A DNA stretch of 39,424 nt, taken from NCBI GenBank assembly GCA_000442015.1, contig KE560971.1, positions 62,001 to 101,424 on the forward strand, in the 5' to 3' direction. The notes beneath the pieces were generated by a model. That model worked only from the letters and a program-made list of their open reading frames with translations, did not search any database and had not been told where the DNA came from. How positions within the stretch are numbered: the first letter of the stretch is position 1; each line of letters starts with the position of its first letter. Positions 24,097 through 37,009 of the stretch are shown one piece after another. The DNA comes from Rozella allomycis CSF55. Lineage: Eukaryota. Position numbers and translations under genes: made by a program.

Positions 24097-27000
24097 TTAT
24101 TGAATGTTTAAAGCCTTCTTTAATCTAATAATCAACTGCCAATCATCATTAGTCATTTCATTTCTAAAATTTTCTTTGAGAACATCAATGGAAGCTCTCG
24201 TGATTTGCGAGACGAGATCATCTTTTTCCGTAAAATGCCTTCCAACCATTTTAGGGGTGTCGTAGGATGGCGTATCGATACGAATAGCAACTGATGGACC
24301 GCCCTTCTTTGCAGAGTCTTGTGGTTTGTGGTTCATTTCGATTGACGATACTTTGCCAATGAAGACGTTGTTTTGAGATGGAACGCAGATTGGAGTCCCA
24401 ACTCGTAGAGTGCCTAGAATGAAAAGATGGGGAAATGAAAACCTTCAATAACGTCGACACCGACAACGATTGGATCTCTTTTGTTAAAGACACAGCCAGA
24501 AACAATTCTTAAAACACAAGGAAAGATAGCTTGAGGGGCTGAATCTTTCTTTTTTTGTTCAATTAGTTCTTTCATGTAGTTGGTGAAATGATCAAACAAA
24601 TGATAAATAATTTCAGCTTTGAATATTTTAATTCCTTTAATGAAACTAAAATAGATTAGATTACCTAATTGATCAGCTAGTTCTTGAGCGTCCTTGTCAA
24701 CTTTAACATCGAATGCTAATAGGACTGCGTATTCTCTAGCGTGTTCTAACATTATAGAAGTTCTAATGACATCTTTTTTGTGTACAGGGCCAATGTTAAC
24801 ACCAGAGACTGGAATTTTAGAATCTTTAAGAAAAGATAGTAAAGCTTCAAGGGACCCAAGAGTTGATGCTTGAACACAAACACCTCTACCACTCTTATCA
24901 ATAGAGTTTAAGAGAGTTGTTAAATCAGTCATGACTTCTTCAGCTGCTTCATCTTCGTCTTCGTCATCTTCTATTTTAATGAGTCTAGAACCAGCAATAG
25001 CCTTGTCTAGATCTGACGCAACAATCTTAACACCCAATGCAGCCTTGACCATTTTATGATGAACATATTGACTCTAAGATTAAACAGGAATTAATTTAAT
25101 ACTTTAACTCTTAATTCTCTTAATGGTTGAGGTGTTAATAAAGCTCTAATAGTTGTAATGATTGGACCATTTAACCCACAAACAGCAATCTTGTCACCTT
25201 CTCTTAAAATTCCATTTGATAAAATAACATCAATTGTTGTTCCTAACCCTTCAATAACTTTAACTTCTAAAACTGTGCATTCTAATTCACTCAAATACAT
25301 TAAAGATTTGCTCATCATTTTTTGTGTTAAATGAATTAACAAATACAATAAATCTGGAATTCCTTCACCTGTTATTGCTGATGTTGGAACTAGAGAAACA
25401 TATTTTCTATAATCGTTATTGTTATAATATTCAATTGCATTCAATCCCTTTTAAATGAGTTAAACTATTCTTACTTGTTCAGCAAACGATAGAATTGTTG
25501 ATCTTAATCTTTCATGATATTCTTTTTTAACAGATTCACTTTGTTTTTCAAATGAATAATTAAAAGGTTTATTTGGATATTCTTGCCATCCATAAATTCT
25601 ATCAATCTTATTCAATGCTACAATAAATGGAGTCTTTCTTTGTCTCAATAAACTAATAGATTCCAATGTTTGTGGTTCTAAACCATGCATGATATCTACA
25701 ACTAACACTGCTATATTACACAACGATGACCCTCTGGTTCTTAAATTAGTAAACGATTCGTGACCAGGAGTATCAATAACTAACAACCCTGGTACCTCCA
25801 AATCAAACTGATCTTGTAAATCTATCGTCTTTTCTTGAATAACACTAGCTGGAAAATAAGTGGCACCTATCTGCTGTGTAATACCACCAGCTTCCCCTTC
25901 TTGAACATTCGTTTGTCTAATCTTATCTAATAGCTTTGTCTTTCCTGTATCTACATGCCCCAATATACAACAAATTGGTGATCTCAAATCTTTATTTGTT
26001 TTCAATGCCTTTTTAACAATCTGTGGCTTAGTAGATTGTGGCTTGGTTTCTACTTTTATTTTTTCTTCTTTAATTTCTTTTTTCTCTTCTTTTTCTTCTT
26101 CTTTTTCATCTTTTTTAATTTCATCAATTTCCCAATCTTCAACAACTTCATCATCTTCCCATGAATCTTTAATCTCTTCCTCTTCCTTTTCAATCTTTTC
26201 TTCTTTTTTATTTTCAATCTTTTTCTTCTTTTTAATATCATAAATTGAAAACTTTTTTGCTCCTTCTTTAGGAAATGAAACCCCTTGTTGTTGCAATTGT
26301 TCCAAAACTAATTTATTCTTTTGTTGTTTCTCTTTTTCAGCCTTTGTCAACAATTTTCCTTGTTTTCTCAATTCTTCCTTTTTCTGTTTTTCTCTTTCTT
26401 TCTTTCTCTTCTTTTTAGCTTCTTCTCTCATTTTCTCTTCTTCAATCTTTCTCTCTTCTTCTAATCTCTTTCTTTCCTCTTCTTCTTCAAGCCTTCTTTG
26501 CTCTTCTTCCAACTTTTGTTGCGCCAAAATTCTCTCCTTCAACGCAGCAATCGCAGCATTATTCTTTTTACTTGGCTTTTCCTTTTGTGCCTTTTCTTTC
26601 TCTTCCTTTGGTTCTTCTTCTACTTTCTCCTCTGCTTTATCTCCACTCTTTTTCTTCTTTTTTTTCTTCTTTTTATTAGCTCCTTCCTTCTCTTCATTAT
26701 CTTCTTCTACCTTTTCTACCTCAACCTTGTCTTCTTCAACTTGCTCTTTCTTTTCTTCCTCTTGTTTCTTCTTTTTCTCCTTCAACAATTCATTCAAAAA
26801 ATCATCTTCTTCCTTTTTATTATTATTCTTCTTTTCAACATTCTGATTACTCTTCTTTTTCTTCTTTTTATTATTGTTACTCTTCTTTTTCTCTTCAACA
26901 GCCATCTCTCCAAACTCATTCTCCAATCCATCCAAATCTCCCATCTCTTCATTCTCTTCAATCTTTTCACCCTTACCCTCATCACCTCTATCCTCTCCTT

Positions 27001-27313
27001 CCTCTTCCTTGGCTTTATTCGCCAAAGCATCCAAATCAATCACCTCCCCTTCCTCAAACATCAACGCCTCAAACGCATTCCCACTCTTCTTCTCACTCTT
27101 CTTTTTACTCTTCTTTTCTTTTTTCTTTTGACTGCCGGTTTTCGCTTGCTTCAATAAAGCCATAAACCCATCATCCTCCTCATGCTCGATAACGTCGGCA
27201 TTGCTATACTCGTTCAAATTCAACGCCTCGCGACTGTTCGATAACATATAGTCGGCTTCTGCGTCAGCGGACGTCCAGTAATCGTCTACCTCTTTTTGTT
27301 TTTTGCGCCCCAT
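24097..27313 (-). CDS. FUN12: Eukaryotic translation initiation factor 5B
   Basis: K/E-rich N-terminus; [73 protein letters not shown]; several short introns. Confidence 0.97.
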
Positions 27314-27315
27314 AG

Positions 27316-27324
27316 AACCAGGGT
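27316..27324 (-). promoter_or_regulatory. Start-proximal ACCCTGGTT element (eIF5B)
   Basis: Minus strand reads CAACCCTGGTTCT-ATG. Confidence 0.6.
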
Positions 27325-27422
27325 TGTTGGGCAGTTGGAAGTCTGAAGGTGAGTGAAAGAAAACGCTTAATACTAAATATTTAAATAAAGAAAACTATAA
27401 TATTTTAAAGACGAATTCTATT

Positions 27423-30400
27423 TTATTTATTCCCTTTTAATCCAACTACCACAGGCTTATTAACAGCCGGCTTGTTCCACCGAGCTTTCGCCTTTTTCTG
27501 ATTCATATTTTTCTATTCTAAAACCCATCACTACTTACATCATTCAAATTTAATTGCTGCTCCAGTTCATTCAAAGTCGCTCTCATCTCCATTTCAATCG
27601 CCGTCATTTGTTTCCACTTTTAAAATTACTCGAACACTTACCATATCATCTCTGGCTTCCTGCTCCTCATCCTTTTTCGAATCATTAAACACATCCTTAA
27701 TATAGAGCGTCTTTGTTAACAGTTTTGGAATTATCAGTGGATTCAAATCGGAAAATGATGGTTGGATCTATACAATCGCTAAAAATATTTTACTATTTCT
27801 TCTTGTATTTCGTTTGTAATTATCTGGCTGTCACCAACAGTTCTCACAGTAACTCTTCTTTGGCCCTTTTTAATGTACGCTTGCCATATTCTAACTGTTT
27901 GGTCCCATGAAGCAGAAACATACTATTAACCTCAATAATTGCATTTTACTTGATTTCTAGACGGAAAATGGATTATGCTTCGAATTGTATCAGTGTGCCC
28001 ATAGCTTGTCTGAACTAGAGTGTCATTCTTTTCTGGATCGTAAATGCGTATAACTTTATCGGAAGATCCAGTAATAATACATCCATTGAGACTATCCAAA
28101 CACAATGATGTAACAGGACCGTCATTATATATTACTCTATTGCACGGTATCCCATCTACAGGCTATAAACGTTAAACACATGTTTTACCCAAATTCTAAT
28201 CGTACGGTCTTCTGATCCAGTAATCCATTGCTCATTCTTTTTATCCCATTTCACCTTTAAATTAATCGCATAAATATTTTACTTGATTAACTTCGGCTTC
28301 ATGGCCCTGTAACACAGCAATCAATTTCATATTGCTAGTATCCTCATTAAACTTTCTCAAATATCCACACTTGTCAGTTGAAACGTACACAAAAAAGTTG
28401 TATTCTGTTGAATAGTCCATATCTAATATTGGTCCATCAGCAGCCAATTCATCTTTCCTTTCGGTTTTCATCACATCCTTTAAAACTCCTTTATTCAGGT
28501 CCCACAAACATAGTCGTTGGTCATACCCCGCACTTAACTGGATTAAAATAAAACAGTATTTATACTAGATAGTGAGTTTGCTTGAAATGAAACACGAAAA
28601 GTGAAGAAACTCCGTCTTTATGATCTTGCAAGGAATATTTGCAGGTTAATCCAGATACCCTATTGCTCACTCCAGACACCCCGCCGCTTTCCGCTTCTTT
28701 TGCAGGAACGTTCCTGTACTGATCTTCATTGTAGCCCCACACATCTGTCTATAACTATCATGCAATGTTACATATTCTAGAGTCTTCAAATCCTCCAATT
28801 AAAATATCCAAAGCTTCATAATAAAATATTTTCAGAGGACATGGTCGGTTGACTCTGTTCCTGTCTGATCTCTTCTGGTGGTAAAACAATGGTTCGATAT
28901 CAAGCCCCATCCTTTTCGCTTCACCTTTAATTATTTTTTCTTTTTGGTTGTATTTTAAAATACTTGAATTTGCTATCACCGTCTCTTTTTTCTTGTCCAA
29001 GGTTTGATAAGACTATGTACGCAACAACGATAAATTACGTTTTCTACTGCTTGAAATGTTTTTACATATGTAAGTCTTTCATTTATTCTTCTTCGAAGCT
29101 CTAATTGTCTTTTTCTTTTATCCTCTGGTTTAATTGAAGCTCCAACGTATGTTTGGATTTCATCGGTTAGAGTGTCATCGCGCATTAACGGCAAAATTTC
29201 ATGGCTATAATTATTAAAAATTATGAATTACCTGTACATGAATGCATTTAATTGTAATCTTTCCCATTTTCGTATCAATCCATCACCCCCTCCACTGAAA
29301 ATAAGCAATGGTTCTTTTGAAGCTAATTGATCGCAATATGAAACTTTACTAAAAGTAAGCGTTTCAACAATCTCTTCTCCGCAATTCAATGTCGTTAATG
29401 GCGCACATGGATTAAATTTCCAGAAAACGAGTGACTTTTTATTTGTTGTCCCGACAACTTGATTTAACTCTGGAATAAACATTAATTGTTTGAATCGCAG
29501 CTGAGCACGTCCTTGATGGAATGATGGATGATCCATGTCGAGAAAATCGGATATCTATAAATCAAGAAACCATTTTGTACATTTATGCCTCCTCGAGGAT
29601 CATATATTCCGGGAGTTGGTGAACTGGCAGTAACCCATAAGGTTTGTGTTGGCGGTATATAAACTATGGATGTTATATTATCACTATAACGTGCCTTTAG
29701 AAATAAGGTACCTGAAACCATCAAATCTTTGCAAACATTTTCCATCGAGGGACCACAATTTTACAACTCGATCGAATCCACCAGTGATTATCCTGTTTTA
29801 ATCCAACGTAGTTTTATTACCAGCTATTATCTGCGTCTTTTCCATAGACCATACTATTAATCGCGGCATCATGTGCATTTGTAATGGAATGTATCACTCG
29901 TAGTTTTACATCACCGTGATGCGGCGAATCATATACCACCAACCTTCCATCAAATCTACAAAAATCATAACATAGATATACCCGGCGGAATAGAACCTCG
30001 ACTCACATGTCACCAAACATTTAACGACATCAGAATGTTCAGCAGAGCTTACAGGCTTAGAAGTATCAATCTGGAATACAATATTAACTTGTGCATTATT
30101 CTGCGCCATATTCAGCATATCATCGTCAACATTGATCTGATAAACAAGCACTTTGGAATTAAGTCCAGTGAGCAGCTGAAGTCTCCTTGGATTGAAGCTG
30201 ATAGAATATATTGGAATCCTTGTCTATCTTGCCAACAAGTTATATCTACTTCGACTTTTTGAATAATCTTGTATGCTTGATTCCATGCGATTATCATTCC
30301 ATCAATGGATGCTGAAAAGAGAGACTTTAGTTCCTTGCAAGAGACAGTTAGATATTAAATTTTTACCAGTAGTATAGACTTGTAATCCAGCCTTTGTGTT

Positions 30401-30581
30401 CAGAGAGCGTGGCTAGGTGCTTGCCCGTGTCAATGTCCCAAACTTTAATGGAAGAATCTATGCATTATTAACATTAAAATGTACCCTCTGAGCCTGTGAA
30501 TATTTCTTTTCTTATTGGATGGTATGCTATACATGTTATACTTTTCGAATGGGTATCGTCAATTGTTGTTTTGTATTCCAT
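27423..30581 (-). CDS. Large WD40-repeat protein (many exons)
   Basis: MEYKTTIDDTHSKSITCIAYHP..FTGSEDSSIKVWD, ITGGFDRVVKLW, FSGGGDGLIRKW, LQGHEAEV, GSEDRTIR; start and end inferred from my splicing; family not identified. Confidence 0.8.
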
Positions 30582-30672
30582 TTCAACTTGACTACACCTC
30601 GAGTGGAGAAGAGTATACAAAACCTGAAACTTTGAATAAAAATAGTACAAACTTTATTGTTTATTTATATAT

Positions 30673-33600
30673 TCAACGTGCTGAAATTGATCTTTCAAGA
30701 TTAACCAAAGTTTTTCCAACGAGATATTCGTCATCCCTGACTGTTTTAATTAAACGTTCGAATGATTGAAAGCCCATGTTAAGTATCTTGTAAGCTGGAA
30801 AGAGAGCGTAAAAAGCAAGATACGAGTAGCGCAAAAGAGTATAATACAAATCAAGGGGCAGCTCCAAAACCAAATGCAAAGTAAAGGCGAATAAATAAGG
30901 TGTCAAGATTGAAGATGACAAAAATACCAAGGAAGGAAAAATAATTGAAGAGTTGAGATCTCTAATGTTTAAGGAATCTACATTTCTTAAATTGTTGACT
31001 GAAGAAAAGAATGGATGGTGGTTAATTAAGAATGGAGAGATATTGTAGATGAAGTGGCAAACAATAGCGCCCATAATCCATAGAACAGAAACCAAGTAGA
31101 GCGACATGACGTCTTGTTTCATGAATAATAGTTTAAGAGATAAACCAGCAAGCACAGGTATTACTAACCCGAGGAATACGAAAGCATAAAGATAATTTGC
31201 GATTACTTTAGAAGATTTAACAAGGGTAGAAAATAGTTGATCTAAAGTTAGTCCTCTTGGGAATTTGTAAATGATTGATGCTATGGAGATGAGGATTGAT
31301 TGACCTAAAAGAAGACTAGGAATATCAGATGAATTTTGTCCCGTTAAATTGAATATTAAGGATCTTCCAAGAGCCAAAGGAAGTACAAAGGTAGAGAAAA
31401 TGGAGCAAATCCAAGATAACCATAAAAGAAAATGAAACGAAATGATTCTTAATTTGAAATTATTTGGACGATAAACAATTGTGTATCTTTCTCTTATTTT
31501 CTTAAAATTAGAGGGTTTCTTCCATGAAATATCTGGAATTGGAGAGAAAGAATTTAGAGGTTCAGGGTCAGAATATTTTGTATCAAGTTGATATCTTTTT
31601 AAATAAACATTTGAAACTTTTCTGTTAGTAATATTTCTTCTTTCAGTTTTATCATAAATAAAATCAAAGCTTGGAACGAAAACAAAAGATCCATTTTCAT
31701 TTTCTTCATTAAGAAATCTACCACCGTAAAAGTAAGAAGATAAAGAAAGAAAAGAAAAATATTTTCTCAAAATGAATGTAAATGATGATTTTAGAAAATA
31801 TTTTAGATTTAATCTCTTTAATAGAAATGGAATTGCCAAATGAACAAACCAATCTTCATATGGAAGAGAAAAGTTGTTTAAACTCAAAGGGAAAATATTA
31901 AAGGGGTTAATAAGAGAAATTATTTTAAAAGAAAGTCCAAACAATATAAGAATTACAGATGAATAAATTAATGAAGAAATGTAAAATCTTTGAAGTTGTT
32001 GAGTCAATGGGCGATCTACTAATTCGCTTATGGGTCTAAAATTTGGATCATTTGGATTTCTAATAAAAAATAACACCCCTGGTCTAATTGTATTTCTCAA
32101 CCACAAAACAAACGTTGAAAATTCAATCATAAAAATAATTCCAATTGTAAAAAATCCCAATGTTATTGATCTTGGATGATTAAACAAAAATTCAATCAAA
32201 CTTTCAAAAGAATAATCAAAAATATTCTTAAATGAATAAATTATTAAAAATCCAATAAAAGTTGGAAACATAACCAATTCTAAAAATAGAATAAAAATCG
32301 TTGAAATTATCTTTTTGCTTAAATTATAAATTTCTCTCCCAGATGGAAAAAAGTTAAATAAATATTCTTTCACAATCAAAAATGGTATCAAAAGTGACAC
32401 TAAGCCACATATATAAATAGAAACAGGTGACGTCATTGAATCCAAATAATCTACTAAATCTTGATGTGAAAAATTTAAGCTCAATGGAATATTCAATAAT
32501 TGAATCCATGGATGAATCCACATTTTAAACAACTTGTAATTAAACGGAAGAGAAACAAATAGAAATGTACTTCCTGAAACAAAGGGAATAGAAATAAATG
32601 TAAAACATAAAACTGAAACAAATCCAATAACTATCAATGGATATTGAACTAAATTCCACAAAGATCCAGAAACACCAAAAATCTCTCCAGCTGTTAAATC
32701 GTTTTCAACTTCAGCAAATTCATTTCTATTCACGATATTTTCATTTTGATTCAAATCTAACACTAAATTTTCACCATCATTTTCATCTGGTTCAATTATT
32801 TCATCTTCTTCACTATCAGATGATTCCTGTTGTTCTTGTAATAGTTGTTGTAAAATAGCCCTGCCTCTTTCTCTTCTCTCTTCTTCTCTAGCTCTTTCCA
32901 TCAAACTTTCTTCTGATCTTCTTCTTTCTTCTCTTCGTTCAACATTATAGTTAATTCCAGATGATGTTGGAATATCTTCTAATCTAGCACTATCAAAACT
33001 AAAATTTCCATCCCTAGCAAAATCTTCTTCGTACACACTAATCCTACTGCTTGTTGTTGATCTTCTTCTTTCTTCAACAGCCTCAAACGCTCTTCTCAAT
33101 CTATCTGATTTCCATGTAGAGCCTGGACTCTTCAACGTAAACGAGGCTGACGCCATGGACACATTCTCTTCCTCACTTTCCGCTTCTTCTTCAGATTCCT
33201 CTTCAGATTCTTCTTCATCAGTAAATGGCTCATCATCCACTTCAGGTACCTGAACTTCATCCAACGTTTGATGAGTAGCGATGGCATCCCTGAAAAATAT
33301 CACACTCATCACAAATCCAACACAAAACAGCATTATACTCGTCCCAAGAAAATTGTGCAATACAATTTTAAATCCCTCATCCATATCTTCCGTCTCTTCA
33401 ACCAACGTAATCCCACTCAAATAAAAAAATATTCTATACGCAATCTGAGGAGTCAATATAGACCACACAAAAACTGCTAGCCAGTATCTGCTAAATTTTT
33501 TCAACACCATCGCTAGTCTCTTCAGCATGCCTAACAGGAAAACAGACAATGGTAATGCATTAGGCATATCTTCTCGATAAACAGACCGAAACTGAAACGG

Positions 33601-33830
33601 ATGTTTACACAGCTCACAATACCTTTTAAATATTTTTTCGTATTGTTACTTTTTCTGGGAATGATTCAACCACTCTACCAAACATTCCTGGTGAATATAC
33701 TTTATGGATCCCGAACACACACAGGGATAAAACAAAGGATTGTCTTCGGTTCCCTCACAGCGGCACACCCGACAGATCGCATCTATTATTGCGTCTTAAC
33801 ACACTTACCTTCGAAGATCGGTGATTCCAT
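30673..33830 (-). CDS. DOA10: ERAD RING-CH E3 ubiquitin ligase Doa10/MARCH6
   Basis: Exons upstream of the listed ORF give [41 protein letters not shown] domain [20 protein letters not shown]; many TMs; C-terminal [14 protein letters not shown]. Confidence 0.95.
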
Positions 33831-33942
33831 TTGTTATGGTAGTGGCTAGGTTGTCAACCAACTTTGATCATCAATCTTACTTTGCAATATCGGTTATCGG
33901 TGAAACATTACTGAAATAAGTCTAAAATAAATTGAAAAAAGT

Positions 33943-36759
33943 TTATTGAATTATATCTTGCGCTCTTGACATTCGAAAACTTTTGCTACTCCGATTGGTA
34001 TAACTCTGACTCGTTGAAAAATTTCGTCTCATCAAAACAGAATTGCTGTTGCTTATTCTTTTGGAATAGTAACTCTTTAACCAGTTTCTCACTCGCCTGG
34101 ATCTTCGTCGTCGGCGCGCTATGATAAAGGCTCCCGCTCCGACCAAAACTATAAGAGCGCCGCCAATGGAAGAACTAATTGCTAATGTACCTGATTGCGA
34201 ATTATCTGTTGTAATTTGACCTGATAAAAAACCTTTTAGCTATTTACCAGAATAGTTAATTGCGCTCGTTCTTGTGGTATTATAGAGCTTAGTAGTGGAT
34301 AATTCAAAACTATTCGGTATAGTAACATTAGGGGGGTTAATTACTGAAAAGTAAGGACTTGAGCGACGAGTGGAAGACTTTGATGTGACGCTGGACTGAG
34401 AATCAATTGAATACGAAACACCATAGGAGTAAGAATCACTTTGGTATATTGTGGTGGTCACATAGGTGCTTGAAGGCTTCCTTGTACTTGATATACTTAA
34501 AGTTGAAGTACTAATGCTCTTCGAAAGGGACGTTCTTGTTTCCACAAAACTTGATTCTGTAAATGCATTGGTAGTAGATATGCGCTCTATTACATCGTTT
34601 ATGTTTGTTGCTGAATCATACTTAGTGGAGATAGTAGAAATTGATATCGTCGTCAATGTAGAAGAGGTAGTAAAACTTGAGGCCGTTGTTCCTGATGAGG
34701 CAATACCGAAAAAGCTTGAATTTGTTAATGATACTGAACCTAAAGCCATAATTGATGACGTTGTTTCTGTTTCAGTTCCGTTACATTGTTGAGTCGACAA
34801 AGATTCTGATATCATAATCGGTATTGTAGGGGTAGGAATTGTCGATGTTGTGTCTGTTAAAACATTGTCGGAATTACTTGTATTCGCTAATGATGTTAAA
34901 GATGATTCCGTAGTTACTGAAACAATGTTTGATGATGTTATTTCCGTTTCTGTAGCGTTAAACTGATTTTGATTAATGCTGACAGAAAGAGATACTAATG
35001 GCGTATATGTTGAGTTTGTTGAAAAGATACCAGAGTAGTAGCTTGGATTCGTTACTGGTATTAAAGTTGATTCCATTGCTGTTTGAGAAATTGTTGCAAT
35101 ATTTGAAGATGTTGTTTCTGTTCCTGTTACGTTAAATACATTTTGGAATTGAGTTACTAGTAAGGATATTGTCTCTTTGGTGCGCTCTTCATTACCTGAT
35201 GTTGATAATATAGTTTGAGCTTTAGNAGGAATTGTCGATGCTGTGTCTATTGAAAAATTGTCGGCATTACTTGTATTTTCTAATGATGTTAAAGATGATC
35301 CCGTAGTTATTTGTGTTACTGAAACAATGTTTGATGATGCTATTTCCGTTTCTGTAGCGTTAAACTGATTTTGATTAATGCTGACAGAAAGAGATACTAA
35401 TGGCGTATATGTTGAGTTTGTTGAAAAGATACCAGAGTAGTAGCTTGGATTCGTTACTGGTATTAAAGTTGATTCCATTGCTGTTTGAGAAATTGTTGCA
35501 ATATTTGAAGATGTTGTTTCTGTTCCTGTTACGTTAAATACATTTTGGAATTGAGTTACTAGTAAGGATATTGTCTCTTTGGTGCGCTCTTCATTACCTG
35601 ATGTTGATAATATAGTTTGAGCTTTAGTCGAATATACTTCAGAAGTTGAGGCTACGTTTATGTTGGATGAATAAAATTCTGGAGTATTACTATCCGCACT
35701 CTCCGTAGAAGTTATCGTTGTTGATCGACTAGAAGTTACGGTGACAATACTGTCGGAGTAGAAATCTAATGAAATTAGAGACGATTGATCCGTGATTGTC
35801 GAAGAAGTCGTAATTGTTTCTGTTTTTGTCATTGAATCATTAAAGAACTCAGAAGTTATCATATAATTTGTTGCGGTCATCATCTTGCTCTCATTTGACT
35901 GAGGGGTGTGAGATGCATTAAGTGATGTTTGAGGTATTAAATCAGAGTTTGAAACCATTAAAGAAGGGGAAGTAAGAGTTGATACTGATGAGGTTTCACT
36001 ATATTGGTAAATGCTTGTTGAAATGCTTGATGCATATGACGAACGAATAGAAGTTTCAATGAATATTTGTCCACTAGAATGCGTTGAAGACAAAGTACTG
36101 TATTGGTTACTTTTTCCTGATAAAGATGATGAAATCGCTGAAGAAGAGAATATTAAATTCTGATAATATGCTGACGTTGTAGTTGAAATTGTAGACCTTT
36201 TTGAGGTTGACTGGCTATTTGATGTTACACAAGCACCTGTACTGTAGAATTGTAGATTAATAAACATAAACTGATAATATGATGGGGTGAACGATAAAAG
36301 CGTTATCATATAGATCTTTTTTAGGTCTACACCAGACATCGAGAAATCAGATAATGGAAAATAGACCGTCTGGTATTGATTTGAAAGGCTTGAGCTAGCG
36401 TAGCTACTTGATACAATCATAGCAGATGAACCAATCCCTGTACAACCCAAATTACCAGAGCTTAATTGAATATTGAAGGAAGCAGAAGCAAGGGGCAAGT
36501 AGACTTGAAGTTGAATATAGTTAAAACCTGATATATCGATGCATCCAGTGTTTGATGTTCGAATTGTATACGTTCCCGAATAACCGTAAATTTGTAGACT
36601 GTTCCCAGTAAAGCTTGCAAGCAAATTCGAAGTTGGAGCTTCAATACCACCTAATGCATTTGGAGAAAGCCCAGTTGAATAGCTATTAATTAATTTGATA
36701 CAGTATGCATTGACATTTGTAATATATATCGCAAAAGAAAGAAGGTAAAGAAATCGCAT
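33943..36759 (-). CDS. Mucin-like type I membrane protein with N-terminal beta-sandwich (CBM-like) domain
   Basis: Signal peptide from ATG 36759; globular domain with YQTVYFPLSDF..GVDLKKI; long S/T stalk; 26-nt intron then TM and RRRRRSRR tail. Contains a roughly 400-nt duplication at N 35226. Confidence 0.82.
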
Positions 36760-37009
36760 AATCTGATCGTTTCGATGGAGTATAAGAAAATATAAATATT
36801 GAATGGGTAGATCGGTCCAGAAAATCTTCTTTACGGGGTGACTGGTGTGAGCCGAATACAACTTGCTGGTTTTTTCTTATCTGTTACCCCACTTTTTAAT
36901 GGCTTTGATCAATAGAAAAAAATGCATGAAGAGTCAGACAAATCTTTTTTAATGCTCATGATATAAGGAGTTTTGAAAGCAGATATTTAATCAAGAAAAA
37001 TTAAAACAT

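Noticed and set aside
26043-27157. Plus-strand Phe/Leu/Ser-rich ORFs that look like membrane proteins
   Set aside because: Antisense shadows of the Lys/Glu-rich eIF5B N-terminus.
36760-36861. Upstream extensions of ORFs 34240-36861 and 23223-24020 from non-ATG starts
   Set aside because: Downstream ATGs (36759, 23912) begin clean signal peptides; bacterial-style starts do not apply.
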